Source: Chiloscyllium plagiosum
Lineage: Eukaryota
NCBI RefSeq assembly: GCF_004010195.1
Contig: NC_057719.1
Span: 53,501,282 to 53,565,281 of the forward strand
DNA: 64,000 nt
Reading direction: 5' to 3'
How positions within the stretch are numbered: position 1 is the stretch's first letter; each line of letters starts with the position of its first letter. Under the pieces are notes generated by a model. It saw only the letters and a list, made by a program, of their open reading frames with translations, did not search any database and was not told the DNA's origin. Shown one piece after another: positions 50,900-63,439 of this stretch. A program made the position numbers and the translations under genes.

Positions 50900-53030
50900 G
50901 AGCACATAAGAACATAAGGAATAGGAGTAGGAGTGAGCCATCTGCCATTCAATAAGGTCATGGACATTTTTTTCATGGATTCAGCTCCACTCGCCCACCC
51001 ATTCACCATAACCCTTAATTCCTTTGCTGGTCAAAAATCGATCAACCTTTCCCTGCTTCACTGGGCAGGGAATTCCACAGATTCACAACACTTTGAGTGA
51101 ACAAGTTCCTTCTCAACTCAATCTAATATCTACTTCCCCTTAATTTGAGGCAGTACCCCCTAGTTCTAGTTTCACCCACTAGTGGAAACAACTTTCCTGC
51201 TTCTATCCTGTCTATTCCCTTCATAATTTTATACATTTCTATAAGATCGCACCACAACTCCCCCCCCCCCCCCCCCACCCCCATTCTTCTAAATTCTAAT
51301 GAGTATAGTCCCAGCCTACTCAGTCTCTTCTCATAAGCCAATCTTCTCAATTTCAGAATCAACCTAATGAATTTCCTCTGCACCCCCTCTAGTGCCAGTA
51401 CATCCTTTCTCAAGTAAGGAGACCAAAACTGCACACAGGTGTGGCCTCACCAGCACCCTATACAGCGGCAGCATAACCTCCCTATTTTTAAACTCCATCC
51501 CTCCAGCAACAAAGGACAATATTCTATTTGCCTTCTTAATTACCTGCTGTAATTACCTACAAACCAACTTTTTGTGATTCATGCACAAGACACCCAGGTA
51601 CCTCTGCACAGCAGCATGCTGCAACTTTTCATCTTTTAAATAATAGTCCAGTTTGCTGTTATTCTTACCAAATGGATGACCTTACATTTACCAACATTAT
51701 ACTCCATCTGCTGAACCCTTGCCCACTTTGTTAACCTATTTCCCTCTGCAGGCTTTCAGTATCCTCTACACACTTTGTTCTACTATTCATCTTAGTGTCA
51801 TCTGTAAAATTTGAAGTCCTACACTTGGTCCCCAACACTACATCATCTTGTGGGCGGCACGGTGGCATAGCAGTTAGCACTGCTGCCTCACAGTGCCAGA
51901 GACCCAGGTTCAATTCCCACCTCAGGCGACTCTCTGTGTGGAGTTTGCACATTCTCCCCGTGTCTGCGTGGATTTCCTCCGGGTGCTCCGGTTTCCTCCC
52001 ACAATCCAAAAATGTGAAGGTTAGGTGAATTGGCCATGCTAAATTGCCCGTAGTGTTAGGTGAAGGGGTAAATGTAGGGAAATGGATCTGGGTGGGTATG
52101 CTTCGGCGGGTCGGTGTGGACTTGTTGGGCCGAAGGGCCTGTTTCCACACTGTAAGTAATCTAATCTAATCTATGTAAATTGTAAATAAGTGTGGCCCCA
52201 ACTCTGATCCCTGAGGCACACCACTAATACATGACCCGTAAATGCATACTTATCTTATGCAGCAGCCTTTTGTGCAACGTCTTATCGAATGCCTTCTGGT
52301 AATCCAAATAGACCACATCTACCAGTTCCCCATTATCCACCACACTTGTAATGTCCTCAAGGAAGTCCAATAAATTAGTTAAATATGACCTGCTTCTCAT
52401 GAACTCATGCTGCATCTACCCAATAGGACAGTTTCTATCCAGATCTCTCATTATTTATTTCTTAATTCTGGATTCAAGCACTTTATCCATTATGGAAATT
52501 AAGCTAACGGGACTCTATTTATCTGCCTTTTGTCTGCCTCATTTTTTAATATAGTGGCATCACATGTGCTGTTTTCCAAACTGCCGGAACTGCACCATAT
52601 TCCAGAGAATTTTGGTAAGTTACCACAAGTGCATTTACTATTTCCTCAGCCAGCTCTCTTAGTAACCTGGGTTGCATTCTATCAGGGCCAGGAAACTAGT
52701 CTACCTTTAGCCCCACTAACTTATCCACACTGCCTCTTTATTGATAATGATAGTTTTTAGGTCCCCAGCTGCCATATCCTCCTTACCATAAATTATTGGC
52801 ATGTTACTTGTGTCTTTCACTGTGAAGACCGATAGAAAATACTTGTTCAACACCTTGGCCATTTCCTCATTTCCCATTATTTAAATCCCTCTTCTAAGAT
52901 TCCAAATGACCAATGTTTACCTTGGTCACTCATTTTGTTTTGTGTATGTGTTGAAACTTTTGCTATCTGTTTTTATGTTCTGAGCTAGTTTACTCTTATA
53001 ATCCATCTGAATTTTCTTTGTAGCTTTATT
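50900..53030 (-). mobile_element. CR1 RT and 3' region with a nested HE1 SINE
   Basis: QFWSPYLRKDVLALEGVQRK, NFTDDTK, DVVYLDYQKAFDK; tail cataagaacataag. Confidence 0.9.
51852..52173 (+). mobile_element. HE1-type SINE
   Basis: gggcggcacggtggcatagcagttagcactgctgcctcacag; B box ggttcaattcc; (taatc)n tail. Confidence 0.92.
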
Positions 53031-53589
53031 CGTGGTTTTTTTGTTATGTATTTTTGTGGAAGGGAGAATATGATTTGCAGCTGTAGAATAACAAGGTATT
53101 TTCAGCTGATTTGATGCTGCTACTGGTCTCATACTGGTATTGGAAAGCAATTGCATTTTGTCAATAGCGATTTTTTACTTCAGATACAAATGCACAGAAC
53201 CATACATGTAATTGTTATTGAAAATATCTCATCCTAAAACTGCTAAATTATTAGATAGACATCACATTAAAAATATGTGCATCAAAGTAATGTCTACACT
53301 GCCTCATCACTAATGCTCACATTTCTAATTCAGAAAATTGTTTCCATTTTCCTCAGCTTCTCTAGAGCTTCCCCTACTTACAGCATTCTCAGAGCTGGGT
53401 TAATCAGTTTGGGATCAATGAACATATAAGTGGACTGCACCAAAATATATCTTCAAATTCTGCGTTACTAACCAAAAAAATGGTGACAAGTATCAAAATG
53501 CAATTTTGCCAGGGTTGGGGAGATGTTGGTTGTGTATTATTCATTAGTTCTGATTTGTTGTTTCCAGATTTACATGACATTTGCCTTAG

Positions 53590-53995
53590 AAGCCTTTGTT
53601 GACATCTCATCCCTCCATCATGGACACTCAGTAGCAGCAGTGTGTACCATGTACAAGATGCACTGCAGAAATTCTTCCATGGACAGCATCTTCCAAATCC
53701 ATGACCACTTCCATCTAGAAGCACAAGGACAGCAGATACATGGAAACATCATCACCTGCAAGACCCCCTCAAGCCACTTACTGTCTTGACTTGAAAATAT
53801 ATCACCATTCCTGCAGTATCGCTGGATCTAAGTCCTAGAATTCCCCCTTTAATGGCACTGAGACTCTACCTACAGCACATGGATTGCAGCAGTTCAAGAA
53901 GACAGCTCACCACCACCTTTTCAGTGGCAACGAGGGAAGACAATAGATATTGGCCAGCGGTAACAGCCAAAGCCCACAAGTGAATTAAAAAAAAG
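53590..53995 (+). mobile_element. 3' fragment of the LINE family seen at 13500-15325
   Basis: gcagtgtgtaccatgtacaagatgcactgc...aagcccacaagtgaattaaaaaaa matches 14970-15320. Confidence 0.75.
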
Positions 53996-54934
53996 GAACA
54001 TAATTGGCAAGTGAATTTTAATCAAGGTAAGTATGAGGTAGTATTGTTTGGATTGGTGGAATAAAGTGGTCACATGCTTTTTGGAAATTAAGGCCAGAAT
54101 GTTCCTACAGAAAGCTTTTTGGTTTCGGGACCTTATGCAGATCCAGACCATGATATTCTCCGCACCCCACCCACTGGTGCAATGTCCTGTAGGTAGTCAA
54201 TTCAACAGCTATCTCTGGGAGATTGGAACAATTAGGCCCAATGGATGAGTTCTGCTGGTGGAAGAGAAAGGAGGCTGGAGGTGTAGATGCTGATAGTATA
54301 CATATGAAAGCATGAGAAAATGGAAGCACTTTCTGAAGCTTTCTTACATGATGAAAAGTATGTGTGGTCACAATAGCTAGGGCAACAAAATGTGGAAATC
54401 CCCTCCACAAGTTGAGCTGCAACTGAACCCTCTCTTATATGCATTTCAAGATGAGGGGTGAAATTAAATGAAGTCTTACAGGGCCAAACTATCGAGATAA
54501 TCAATTTTCCAGAGAGTTTTCTTTCTGATTGTTCAAATTACAGTTTCTTAGAGCAAAGTGAAGATTATAAAAAGCAGGACCAATGAAGGATGCAGGGAAA
54601 AGGAACTCGAATGATTATAACACAGATTTTAACACTATTAAAGAAAATGAACTCAAAATAACCAACCAATTTACATTTAAATATGCTAACATTTACAGCC
54701 CTTGATTTCCACCCACCATTTCAGGCAACCAAAAAGAAATTAAGTTTCAGTCATAGGTGAAGTCTTTGGTAGAAATTTAATCCAAGTGTTAGAGAGCCCC
54801 AGGTTGTCTCTGCTGGGGAAGGTTTCCACAGTAAGTGACAGTTAGCCAGCTGGACATTTCCCAGGATCAGGTACAGAAATCCCACCATGAAAACTACCTG
54901 ACAGAGGCCTGCAGTTCTGGGCCTCCTCCATCAC

Positions 54935-55391
54935 CAAAACCTTACCACCTGATGTCTTCAGGAATAACGCCTCATTTTCCACCTCGGGACCCTTCAACCA
55001 CAATATGGAATTTCACCAGTTTCCTCATTTCCCGTCCTCACCATCTTATCCTAGATCCAACCCTCCAACTTGGCACCAACCTCATGACCTGTCCTACGTA
55101 TCCATCTTCCTTCCTACCTCTCTGCTTCACCCTTCCCTCTGACCTATTACCATGATCCCCACCCTCACCTACCTATTGCACTCTCAGCTACCTTTCCCCC
55201 AGCCCTACAGACCAACCCAACACCCCCCACCNNNNNNCCCCCTTGACTCACAAGCCTCATTCCTGATGAAGGGCTTTTGCCCAAAATATCGACGCTCCTG
55301 CTTCTCAGATGCTGCCTTACCTGCTGAGCTTTTCCAGCAGCACATTCTTGAGCTCTGATCCCCAGCATCTACAGTCCTCACTTTCTTCTAG
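54935..55391 (+). mobile_element. Penelope 3' end (endonuclease C-terminus, 3' region and decayed family A hammerhead at 55259-55292)
   Basis: RLIFHLGTLQP-like; attcCTGATGAagggcttttgcccaaaatatc; family tail. Confidence 0.8.
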
Positions 55392-56689
55392 TTCATTATT
55401 GCTGTCATCATCACCGGGACAATGTTGGTATCTGCCATTAATGCACTCAGCAGAAAGGCCAAATCAGCAAGGGAACTGGATTACAGGTCAGAGAGGATAG
55501 AATGAGGATAGTTTGCTGGTCATGGAAGGCAGGTGTGTCAGAAGAGAAGGGAGTAGCTTTCAAAAGGGGGTGGCTTTCAACATCAATCCACTACTCTTCC
55601 CAATGCTGGGCCTATCCAGCAGGTCAAAAATTCCTGAAAATGAGAAGTCTCCCCAGGAGCCCACAAGGAAACACACCAGGGTTTGCTTTTGGGACTTTCT
55701 GAATGATGACTATGATACCCATAGCTAATTGATTGGCAGTGACTGCAAGGTAACCCCCCAAGTGATCATTAATTGTTGGGGCCATAAAGCCACCCATACA
55801 CCTTCCTGTCCTGAACATGATTGAGATTCTCACCTGCCAGCCTATTACCCAATTAAATACCCCCAACACCTAACTTACCTCAGGAAAGAGCACTAAGTTC
55901 TGGGTCCTTGCATCAGTAGGATATGTTCATATTTGCAAATAATTGGTGAACATTTGCCCTGTTACCATTGAATCTGAATCAAACTTGTTAGGGGCTAAGC
56001 TTTTGAATGTAGAAAGAGGAATTTTAACAAATTCAGAACAGGTCTAAAATTGTTAATTGTGAATGGAATTTCACGCCTGAGATGGTGGGTCTCTCCATCA
56101 ATTAAAGATTCAGTGGTAACTATGCCATGACCTTCCTTCTCACCCTGGTCTGAGTTAACACTGAGGTATTTGGGTGGTCAGAGCGGAGGGAGACATCCCA
56201 CCTCTGAAGGTAGCTGGCCAATCAGAGACTGGTAACTGGCCAGTACCTGCAGCACAACTTGAAATGGTGGTCCCTGCTGCTGATGGGGATGGCCCCAGTT
56301 ATCTCATCATCACTAGAGGCTGAAGTGAAGATTGATAAGGTGTGCTTACCTTAGCATTGGGGAGGCCCTGGTGAAAAGCAGGTTAGTTTTTAGGGCAGGT
56401 GATCATTCTTCAGCCTTGTCCAGCCCATGCCTCCTTTCTGAGCATAGGCTTCCCAAGTATGAGGAACCACTCTCAGGCCTGAAGGAATATCTACTAGGCT
56501 TAGCCTACTGCTGGCTGAAAAGCAAAAGTGCTGAGGGGGCCTTGACTGGCTTCCAGGCAGGAAATCCATACCAGGGCCTTACCCAGAATTTGTCAGCGGT
56601 GAGTTGAGAGAGCAAAGGTGCTCTACCTTATACATTCCCATCTGAGTAGATGGGCTCCCTACTTGCTGGCTGGGATTGAATTTCAGAAT

Positions 56690-58060
56690 TAAGAACAACC
56701 CTGAGCATTACATTATTGGCTCTGTCACTGGTGGGATTACACACTGTCTGGTTGTGCTTTTACTTTCTCTGATAATGGGTAAGCTGTGCTTCCAGGATTT
56801 GAAAGCTTGTTATCTTGGTATCTTTCTGTACTTTAGTATAGATTTTTTTTTGGGCTCTCCTAAACCCTAAAAAAAATCATACCAACTCATGATGAAATTA
56901 TTCCTTTGTCTCGCATTGCACTCACTGTTTCTAGGAGACGTAATTGGATAAATGTATTTCTGCTTAACAATGATGCGCCTTAGCTCCTCAAGACAGTGAA
57001 TCTTTTTGATCTGTCACTGCTTGTGGCTGAACATAGTGATCAACCAACTTCATACAATCCTGTACTCCTGGACCTTGCAATTTGAAATTCTGTAGTTGAA
57101 AATCTACTGATTTTAACTATGGCAAGCTGGAAGCAAATATTGAAACAGCTGCCATTGCATCTGATTTAAGTTCTTTATTAAAACCCTTTTACATTTAAGA
57201 TGATACTTTAGAGCCTCTACTGTATTTGGAGGAAGGGTCACCAGACCCAAAATATTAACTTTGATTTCTCTTCACAGCTGCTGCCAAACCTGCTGAGCTT
57301 TTCCAGCAACTTGTTCCAGAACTTCTACTGGCTCCCTTCGACTTCACCTAAAAACATAACTGGCTTGCTTGTCTTTCATCTCTTAAATTTATTCTTTTGC
57401 ATTGTTGTTTTCCTTGATTGGATTTCTTCTTTGCTTCTGTGCTGAGATATAATTTACAAGCCTGCGATATCGTTTGAAATGGCCTACTTTTACAGAATTC
57501 TAGCGCTCAGCTTCCATTGCTGGGCACTCATAGTGTTCGCAGTGTTGCCTTGAATCAAACATTTTACATCTGAGTATGGATATAGAGGATCTTTCCTGCT
57601 GTCGTGGGCTTTCAGGTGGGTAGCCATGCCATTAACTATCTCGGAGGAAGCCTTCATGTTGCCTCAGGCGATTGCCCCATTTCTTGGACCAAACCTTTTG
57701 CTTGTACCATATATTGGATCCCTTGCTCTCGCATGAGCTCCACTTCTGACTGAACAAAATCAAATAACTATTCATCTTGGACACCAATGATGACATGAGC
57801 TCATTTATATCTATACCTAAGATGTGTAGGTTGGTGAAAAATCAATTCCTCTCACCTCTGTGATTTTTGATAAATTTTACCTGTTGCATCACAAGATTCC
57901 TCTTCAAAGTAAAATACTCGTCTAATGCCTTAACTATGTATTCGAAGTGTGTAGTAATTTCTAGATCATCCTCTCTCATTGGGTGTTGGTCTGACTTTGT
58001 ACAGGGAGATACTGACCTTTGTTCTTTTGTATGTGACCCTGATACTGTCTTGTATTCCTA
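56690..58060 (-). mobile_element. Highly decayed Gypsy-type gag/protease/RT-start remnant (second lineage)
   Basis: Minus-strand FEYIVKALDEYFTLKRNLVMQQVKF, IGVQDE, decayed knuckle CPA...KVGHF, VTEP..CSG. Confidence 0.55.
57223..57317 (+). mobile_element. Penelope-derived mini-insert with decayed family C hammerhead motif
   Basis: tggagga-a-gggtc-acca-gaccc-aaaa-tatta; TSD aga(g/a)c(c/t)tctactg at 57210-57222 and 57318-57330. Confidence 0.7.
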
Positions 58061-58164
58061 GAACAGTCACTTCCAGAACTCCCATTTCTGAACTCATTGT
58101 GGACCTCAGCATTCTCTAACCTACTGGAACAATCTCAGGAAACCTCTGTTCCAAGGTACAGGAC

Positions 58165-59045
58165 AGCTAGTGCAGCAACAGACCAGAGAAAATGTCCTCC
58201 TGGTTATCACGTATCACCTCATCAGTATCCACATCCAAAGGATCATTAGCCACCATTTCTGCCACCTCCAGCAAGTTGCCACCACCAGATACATATTCTC
58301 CTCACCTTCCTTGTCAGCATTCTGCAGGGACTGTTCCCTCCAAGACACTGTGCTTCACTCCCCCCTCACTACCAACATGCCCCCACACCCCCACCACACC
58401 TTTCCCTGCAGTCGCAGAAGGTGTAACACATACCCATTTACTTCCTCCCTCTACACCATCTAAGGTTCCAAGCATATCTTCCAGTTGAAGCAGTGCTTTA
58501 CCTGCATTTCACTTAATCTAGTCTACAGTATTCACTGCTCACAATGTGGTCTCCTCTACATTGGAGGCAAAATACAGATTAGGTGACCACTTTGCAGAAT
58601 ACCTACGTTCTGTCTGCATAAATGATCCTGAGCTTCCAGTTGCCTGGCACTTCAACACACCACCACGTTTCTGTCCAACATCTCTGTCTCAGGCTTGCTA
58701 CAGTGCTCCAGTGAAGCTCAGTGCAAGCTGGAACAACAGCATCTTATTTTTCACTTTGTGGACTCTGCAGCCTCCAGACTCAATATCGAATTCTGTAATT
58801 TTTAAAGCCTAAAAGTCTTCTCCCATGTCCTTACCCCAACTCCCATACGTTTCCATCACATGGGCTGAGCCCATAACCATCCCATTGTCAGATATTCATG
58901 GTCTCCATTAGCAGCCATTAACTCTCCCCGGCTGACCTTTACCCAGTCCTTTGTCCAGCTGTTGTTTTCTCTATCCAAGCTCCATCTCCACCTATTGATT
59001 ATTCCTCCCCCACCCCCATTTCCAAATATATACCAACATTTTAAG
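58165..59045 (+). mobile_element. Penelope-like element, GIY-YIG endonuclease remnant
   Basis: CSRRRCNTYPF; FTCISLNLVYSIHCSQCGLLYIG; RLGDHFAEYLRSV...LPVAWHFN. Confidence 0.85.
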
Positions 59046-59154
59046 CATGCCGATCGTTTGCTTGATGATATCATTGATGGCTACATAGCTCTCATTGTGC
59101 TTCCATGATCAAGTGGTATGGGGAGGTCATGTGCACCTATCCTTTTTCATCTTG

Positions 59155-59302
59155 CAGCTAGGCTGACTATTAGATTTTAAAAGACAAAAATGTATTCACA
59201 AAATTACACAATGAAACACAAAGAACAGAATAAAGAACCCCTATAGAACTCAGCCTATCTAACTAGACTTAATTATGCTGTTCTGATCCTATGAAGAAGC
59301 CC
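59155..59302 (-). repeat. LTR fragment related to 60267-60390
   Basis: agctaggctgactattagattttaaaagac...attcacaaaattacacaatgaaacacaaagaac is near-identical in both places. Confidence 0.8.
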
Positions 59303-59399
59303 AAAGATGGTGGGTACCGCTAAATGGCATAGGATGTGTGCATCACAGCAGCTGTCAGAGTATCCTGCATTTAATCAAATGACTTTCCAGGAATGGGCA

Positions 59400-59810
59400 C
59401 ATAGTAAATCCACATTAGAGTATGAAAGGCTTTGCAAGTGCAGTTTTACCATTTTCCCACTAACACGGTGGTCCATACATTCACTCTCTCATTGGCTTAT
59501 GATCAGTTGGCAAAGACGTTATTATTTCTCCTATATCAATGAGGAGATGATGAAGGCCATGTTCCATTTCTCCAGGGTCTCACTCACTTTTCCATTGTGT
59601 CCATTGACATTGAATTACAGATGTTGCCAGTGGCATCCTTCCTATCCAGAAATCAAGAGTGACAGTAACATTGAGGACCATGGGCAGTGCTGTTATTGCT
59701 GTATTGCATGCCTGCAGATCACGTTGTATAAGATAGTATGACTACATCTTGGGCAAACGCAGGTATCTGAGACAATGCTCCTGGCTGAAGTGAAGATAGA
59801 AGTGATCCCT
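59400..59810 (-). pseudogene. Second PIF/Harbinger transposase remnant (N-terminal part)
   Basis: Minus-strand FYLHFSQEHCLRYLRLPK and TALPMVLNVTVTLDF resemble the HARBI1-type N-terminus. Confidence 0.55.
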
Positions 59811-60155
59811 AAAAACATGGGGTTTTCTGCCCTTCTCCTCTGCACATAACTACTTTCTGCTATTTGTGCTTCATTTCCCAAGACTGGTTGTAACTAGAGT
59901 CCTATAATTTATACAGGCTTTTTCCTGATGGGCCAATTAACTCCTCCATTTCCTGGTCAGGATTGGCTCTCACTTCCTTTGAAATCCAAACAGCAAGTTC
60001 AGAACTCCTCCAATAATACAGAGGAGTAACTCTCCACATGCAATAAAAAGTCAAAAGCACTTCACCTGAAGTCTGTGTGGTTAACTCTTTAAATTGAGCT
60101 TGTGGAGGATCCCTCATGTAGGTAACCATCAACCATTAAAAGAAGGCATTAAAAA

Positions 60156-60784
60156 TGTTATGGACTAGGCCAGACCACTCAAAACATTCTTAACCAGGCG
60201 GTTTCAGGCCATAGTTTTGCAATTTGTTTCGGTAAGTGTACAGTGAAAATTGCCCAGAGTAAGAAAGCTAGGTTGACTTCTAGATTTTAAAAGACCAAAA
60301 TTTATTCACAAAATTACACAATGAAACACAAAGAACTCAGCCTATCCAACTGCACTGAATTATACTGTTCCAAATGTACACAAGAGCCCCAATAGGCAAA
60401 CTCACTTCAACAAAAACAGTAAAATTGAACACATGCTTACAGGTTGACATTGAAGGGCAGAAAAGAGAGAAAGTTTCCATACAGTTCCTGTTGAACTTCT
60501 CAGTTCAAGACTAAACTAAAACTGCTCAGCTCAGCTCAGCTAGAGAGCTGACCACTCCCCTCTCTTTATACAGGTCACTTCTAAAGAATGACCACTTTGG
60601 CCTGAAGTCTCATTTATTTACATATAAACAAAAGGCCTCTTAAAATCCTTTTTATCTCTGTACCAAATCAGTCTGATCAGAATTTGGCCTGGTTTATTAC
60701 CTCTCTGAAAAAAAATCAAGAGCACAGTCTCCTTGAGCTAAGGAACAGCTTTTAGAATAAAAAAAAGGAATTAGCTTTGTAACA
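60156..60784 (-). mobile_element. Solo LTR related to the Gmr1-like LTR
   Basis: TGTTATGG...TGTAACA; its start tgttatggactaggccagacc matches the reverse complement of 38310-38330. Confidence 0.8.
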
Positions 60785-61570
60785 ACGGGACCTGTGTGAT
60801 CCTGAATGGAAGATTGTGTACCAAATCAATATTGGGATCAGTTGATGTTACAATATTCCTTTGCATGTTTTGTGAACTCACGCCAACAATCTTTGGCTGC
60901 ATCACTCTGAAACTGGCTTCAGAAGAACTATGCAGCTAAATTGCATTGTTAGAGCGTTTTATGCAAGGAATTTAAGTCACGAAAGCCCTTGTCCTTTGGA
61001 ATGAGGCTGCCTTAATAGATAACAAACTCTGCCACAAAATAAATGACAAATACAAGTAATGCAAACTCACAATTTAGTAATTTTGACCAGTTACAAATTA
61101 GATATCCAGTGTTGACATCCAATCATTGATGTTGAACTAATAAGGTATGATTTTTCTTTTCCATTGTCATTTGAGCATGTAATATAGATTGGCATTTTTC
61201 AAACAGTAAAAGATGGCTCCTCTGATAATCCTGGGCAACCTGCATCCCAATATTACCAAATCAAAGAACAAGACAGAAGGCTCTTCAACTGTTTATTCTA
61301 ATGCAGAATGACTGAAAAGTTTGAAAGTTGTGGAAAAAATGTTGCATCCTCTGACCATAAGACCATCTGACATGGGAGTGAAGGATCTTATTTATCCTTG
61401 GGCACCAATAACAGGTAACAACATTTTTTTTATGTACTCTGATGTCAATGCCACAATTCTTAGGCCAAAAGTCTTCAATGCAAAGGAGTTAAATACTGAA
61501 ATATGGCCATCTCTTAATGATCTCGAAGGTTTTCTAGGAATTCCAGGAAGATTTACAAAAGATGATACAG

Positions 61571-61901
61571 TTATATTATATTATTATATTACATTATATT
61601 ACATTACAGTGTGGAAACAGGCCCTTCGGCCCAACAAGTCCACACCGACCTGCCGAAGCGTAACCCACCCATACCTCCACATTTACCCCTTACCTAACAC
61701 TAGGGGCAATTTAGCATGGCCAATTCACCTGACCTGCACATCTTTGGACTGTGGGAGGAAACTGGAGCCCCCGGAGGAAACCCACGCAGACACGGGGAGA
61801 ATGTGCAAACTCCACACAGTCAGTCGCCTGAGGCGGGAATTGAACCCGGGTCTCTGGCGCTGTGAGGCAGCAGTGCTAACCACTGTGCCACCATGCCGCC
61901 C
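61571..61901 (-). mobile_element. HE1-type SINE
   Basis: Near-identical to 3048-3384; (taatg/taata)n tail. Confidence 0.92.
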
Positions 61902-62925
61902 ACGAAGTTATGATTAATTAGTCAGAAAAAATGGCTAAACTAATTTATGTGCGATAAGTTTTTTTTTATTATCCATTCATGGGTGTTTCTGGATAGGCCA
62001 GCATTTATCCCCCATCCTGATTGTCATGATGATAAGCTATTTTCTTGAATCTCTGCAATCCTTGTGGTGTAGGACAAACATACTGTAGAGGATCATGAGT
62101 TAAGCCAAAGTTTAGCCTTGGTGTTTGTTGTATGCTTCAGAGGTTCAGAGATGTGAAAAACTTCAAAAGCAAATTCTCATGATGTCAGAAGTAGATACTG
62201 CTCTGGAAGACTTACTCAACCAGTGGACTGAAAATTAGTATCTAAATCTACAAGTAGACTAAACAGAAATTATGGGCTTTTCCATCATTTTGACAGATGG
62301 ATATTCAGCAAGAAGACCATTTGTTCACCATCCAGATTTATGTTGTCTCATGTATCATGTTAGGCCAAATCTAATTTGCTGGTCCAATTGCAAATATTAT
62401 ATGTGGGCTCACTGTTAGAGGGGTAGTTGAAGGCACTGTCTATGCAGTGTCTGTGTTCTCAAATGTTGAGATTTCTTGATGAAATATGTCTCCATTTGGA
62501 ACTGTCCTGTTGTTTTTTCTCCACATAGTGGAGTCCAACTTTCTGGATCTGCGATTGACTTTCACATCATCTTTAGTTGAGTTTGAGATGTCTTATGCTG
62601 TGTGGGTTGTAGAATACTGCCTTTGGTATGCAGGAATGCTCCATGTGAATTATATAGTCTGTTCTGTGAAGCTGAGCTCTGAGGTGAATGTTCTCAGGAC
62701 CAGATATGTGCCATTGTACAACCACATCAGCCTTAGGGATTTTGTCTTGCTGTCATTGACTTTACTGCCCCAAACGTATTTAAATGTAAAAGAAGCACTG
62801 AGACAAACAGCTGTAATCCCCTGCCAGTCCAACCTCAAATTCCTGTGCCATAATTTCTCACCCCAAATTTTCCTTTGCTCAAGGACTGGCTTCCCATCAC
62901 AACAACCCTGTCCCCATGAACAACT

Positions 62926-63425
62926 NNNNNNNNNNNNNNNNNNNNNNNNNNNNNNNNNNNNNNNNNNNNNNNNNNNNNNNNNNNNNNNNNNNNNNNNNNN
63001 NNNNNNNNNNNNNNNNNNNNNNNNNNNNNNNNNNNNNNNNNNNNNNNNNNNNNNNNNNNNNNNNNNNNNNNNNNNNNNNNNNNNNNNNNNNNNNNNNNNN
63101 NNNNNNNNNNNNNNNNNNNNNNNNNNNNNNNNNNNNNNNNNNNNNNNNNNNNNNNNNNNNNNNNNNNNNNNNNNNNNNNNNNNNNNNNNNNNNNNNNNNN
63201 NNNNNNNNNNNNNNNNNNNNNNNNNNNNNNNNNNNNNNNNNNNNNNNNNNNNNNNNNNNNNNNNNNNNNNNNNNNNNNNNNNNNNNNNNNNNNNNNNNNN
63301 NNNNNNNNNNNNNNNNNNNNNNNNNNNNNNNNNNNNNNNNNNNNNNNNNNNNNNNNNNNNNNNNNNNNNNNNNNNNNNNNNNNNNNNNNNNNNNNNNNNN
63401 NNNNNNNNNNNNNNNNNNNNNNNNN
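62926..63425. other. Assembly gap (500 N)
   Basis: N run. Confidence 1.
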
Positions 63426-63439
63426 TGAGAAGATGGTGG

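Noticed and set aside
51852..51925. tRNA-like sequence with A and B boxes
   Set aside because: It is the head of an HE1 SINE, not a tRNA gene.
55600..56670. GC-richer patches (also ~22990-23480, ~45230-45830, ~48610-48870) that look like old DNA-transposon remnants
   Set aside because: No TIR, TSD or protein motif could be pinned down.
61307..61413. AG...GT-bounded exon-like segment
   Set aside because: Stops in all three frames from the acceptor and no supporting neighbouring exons.
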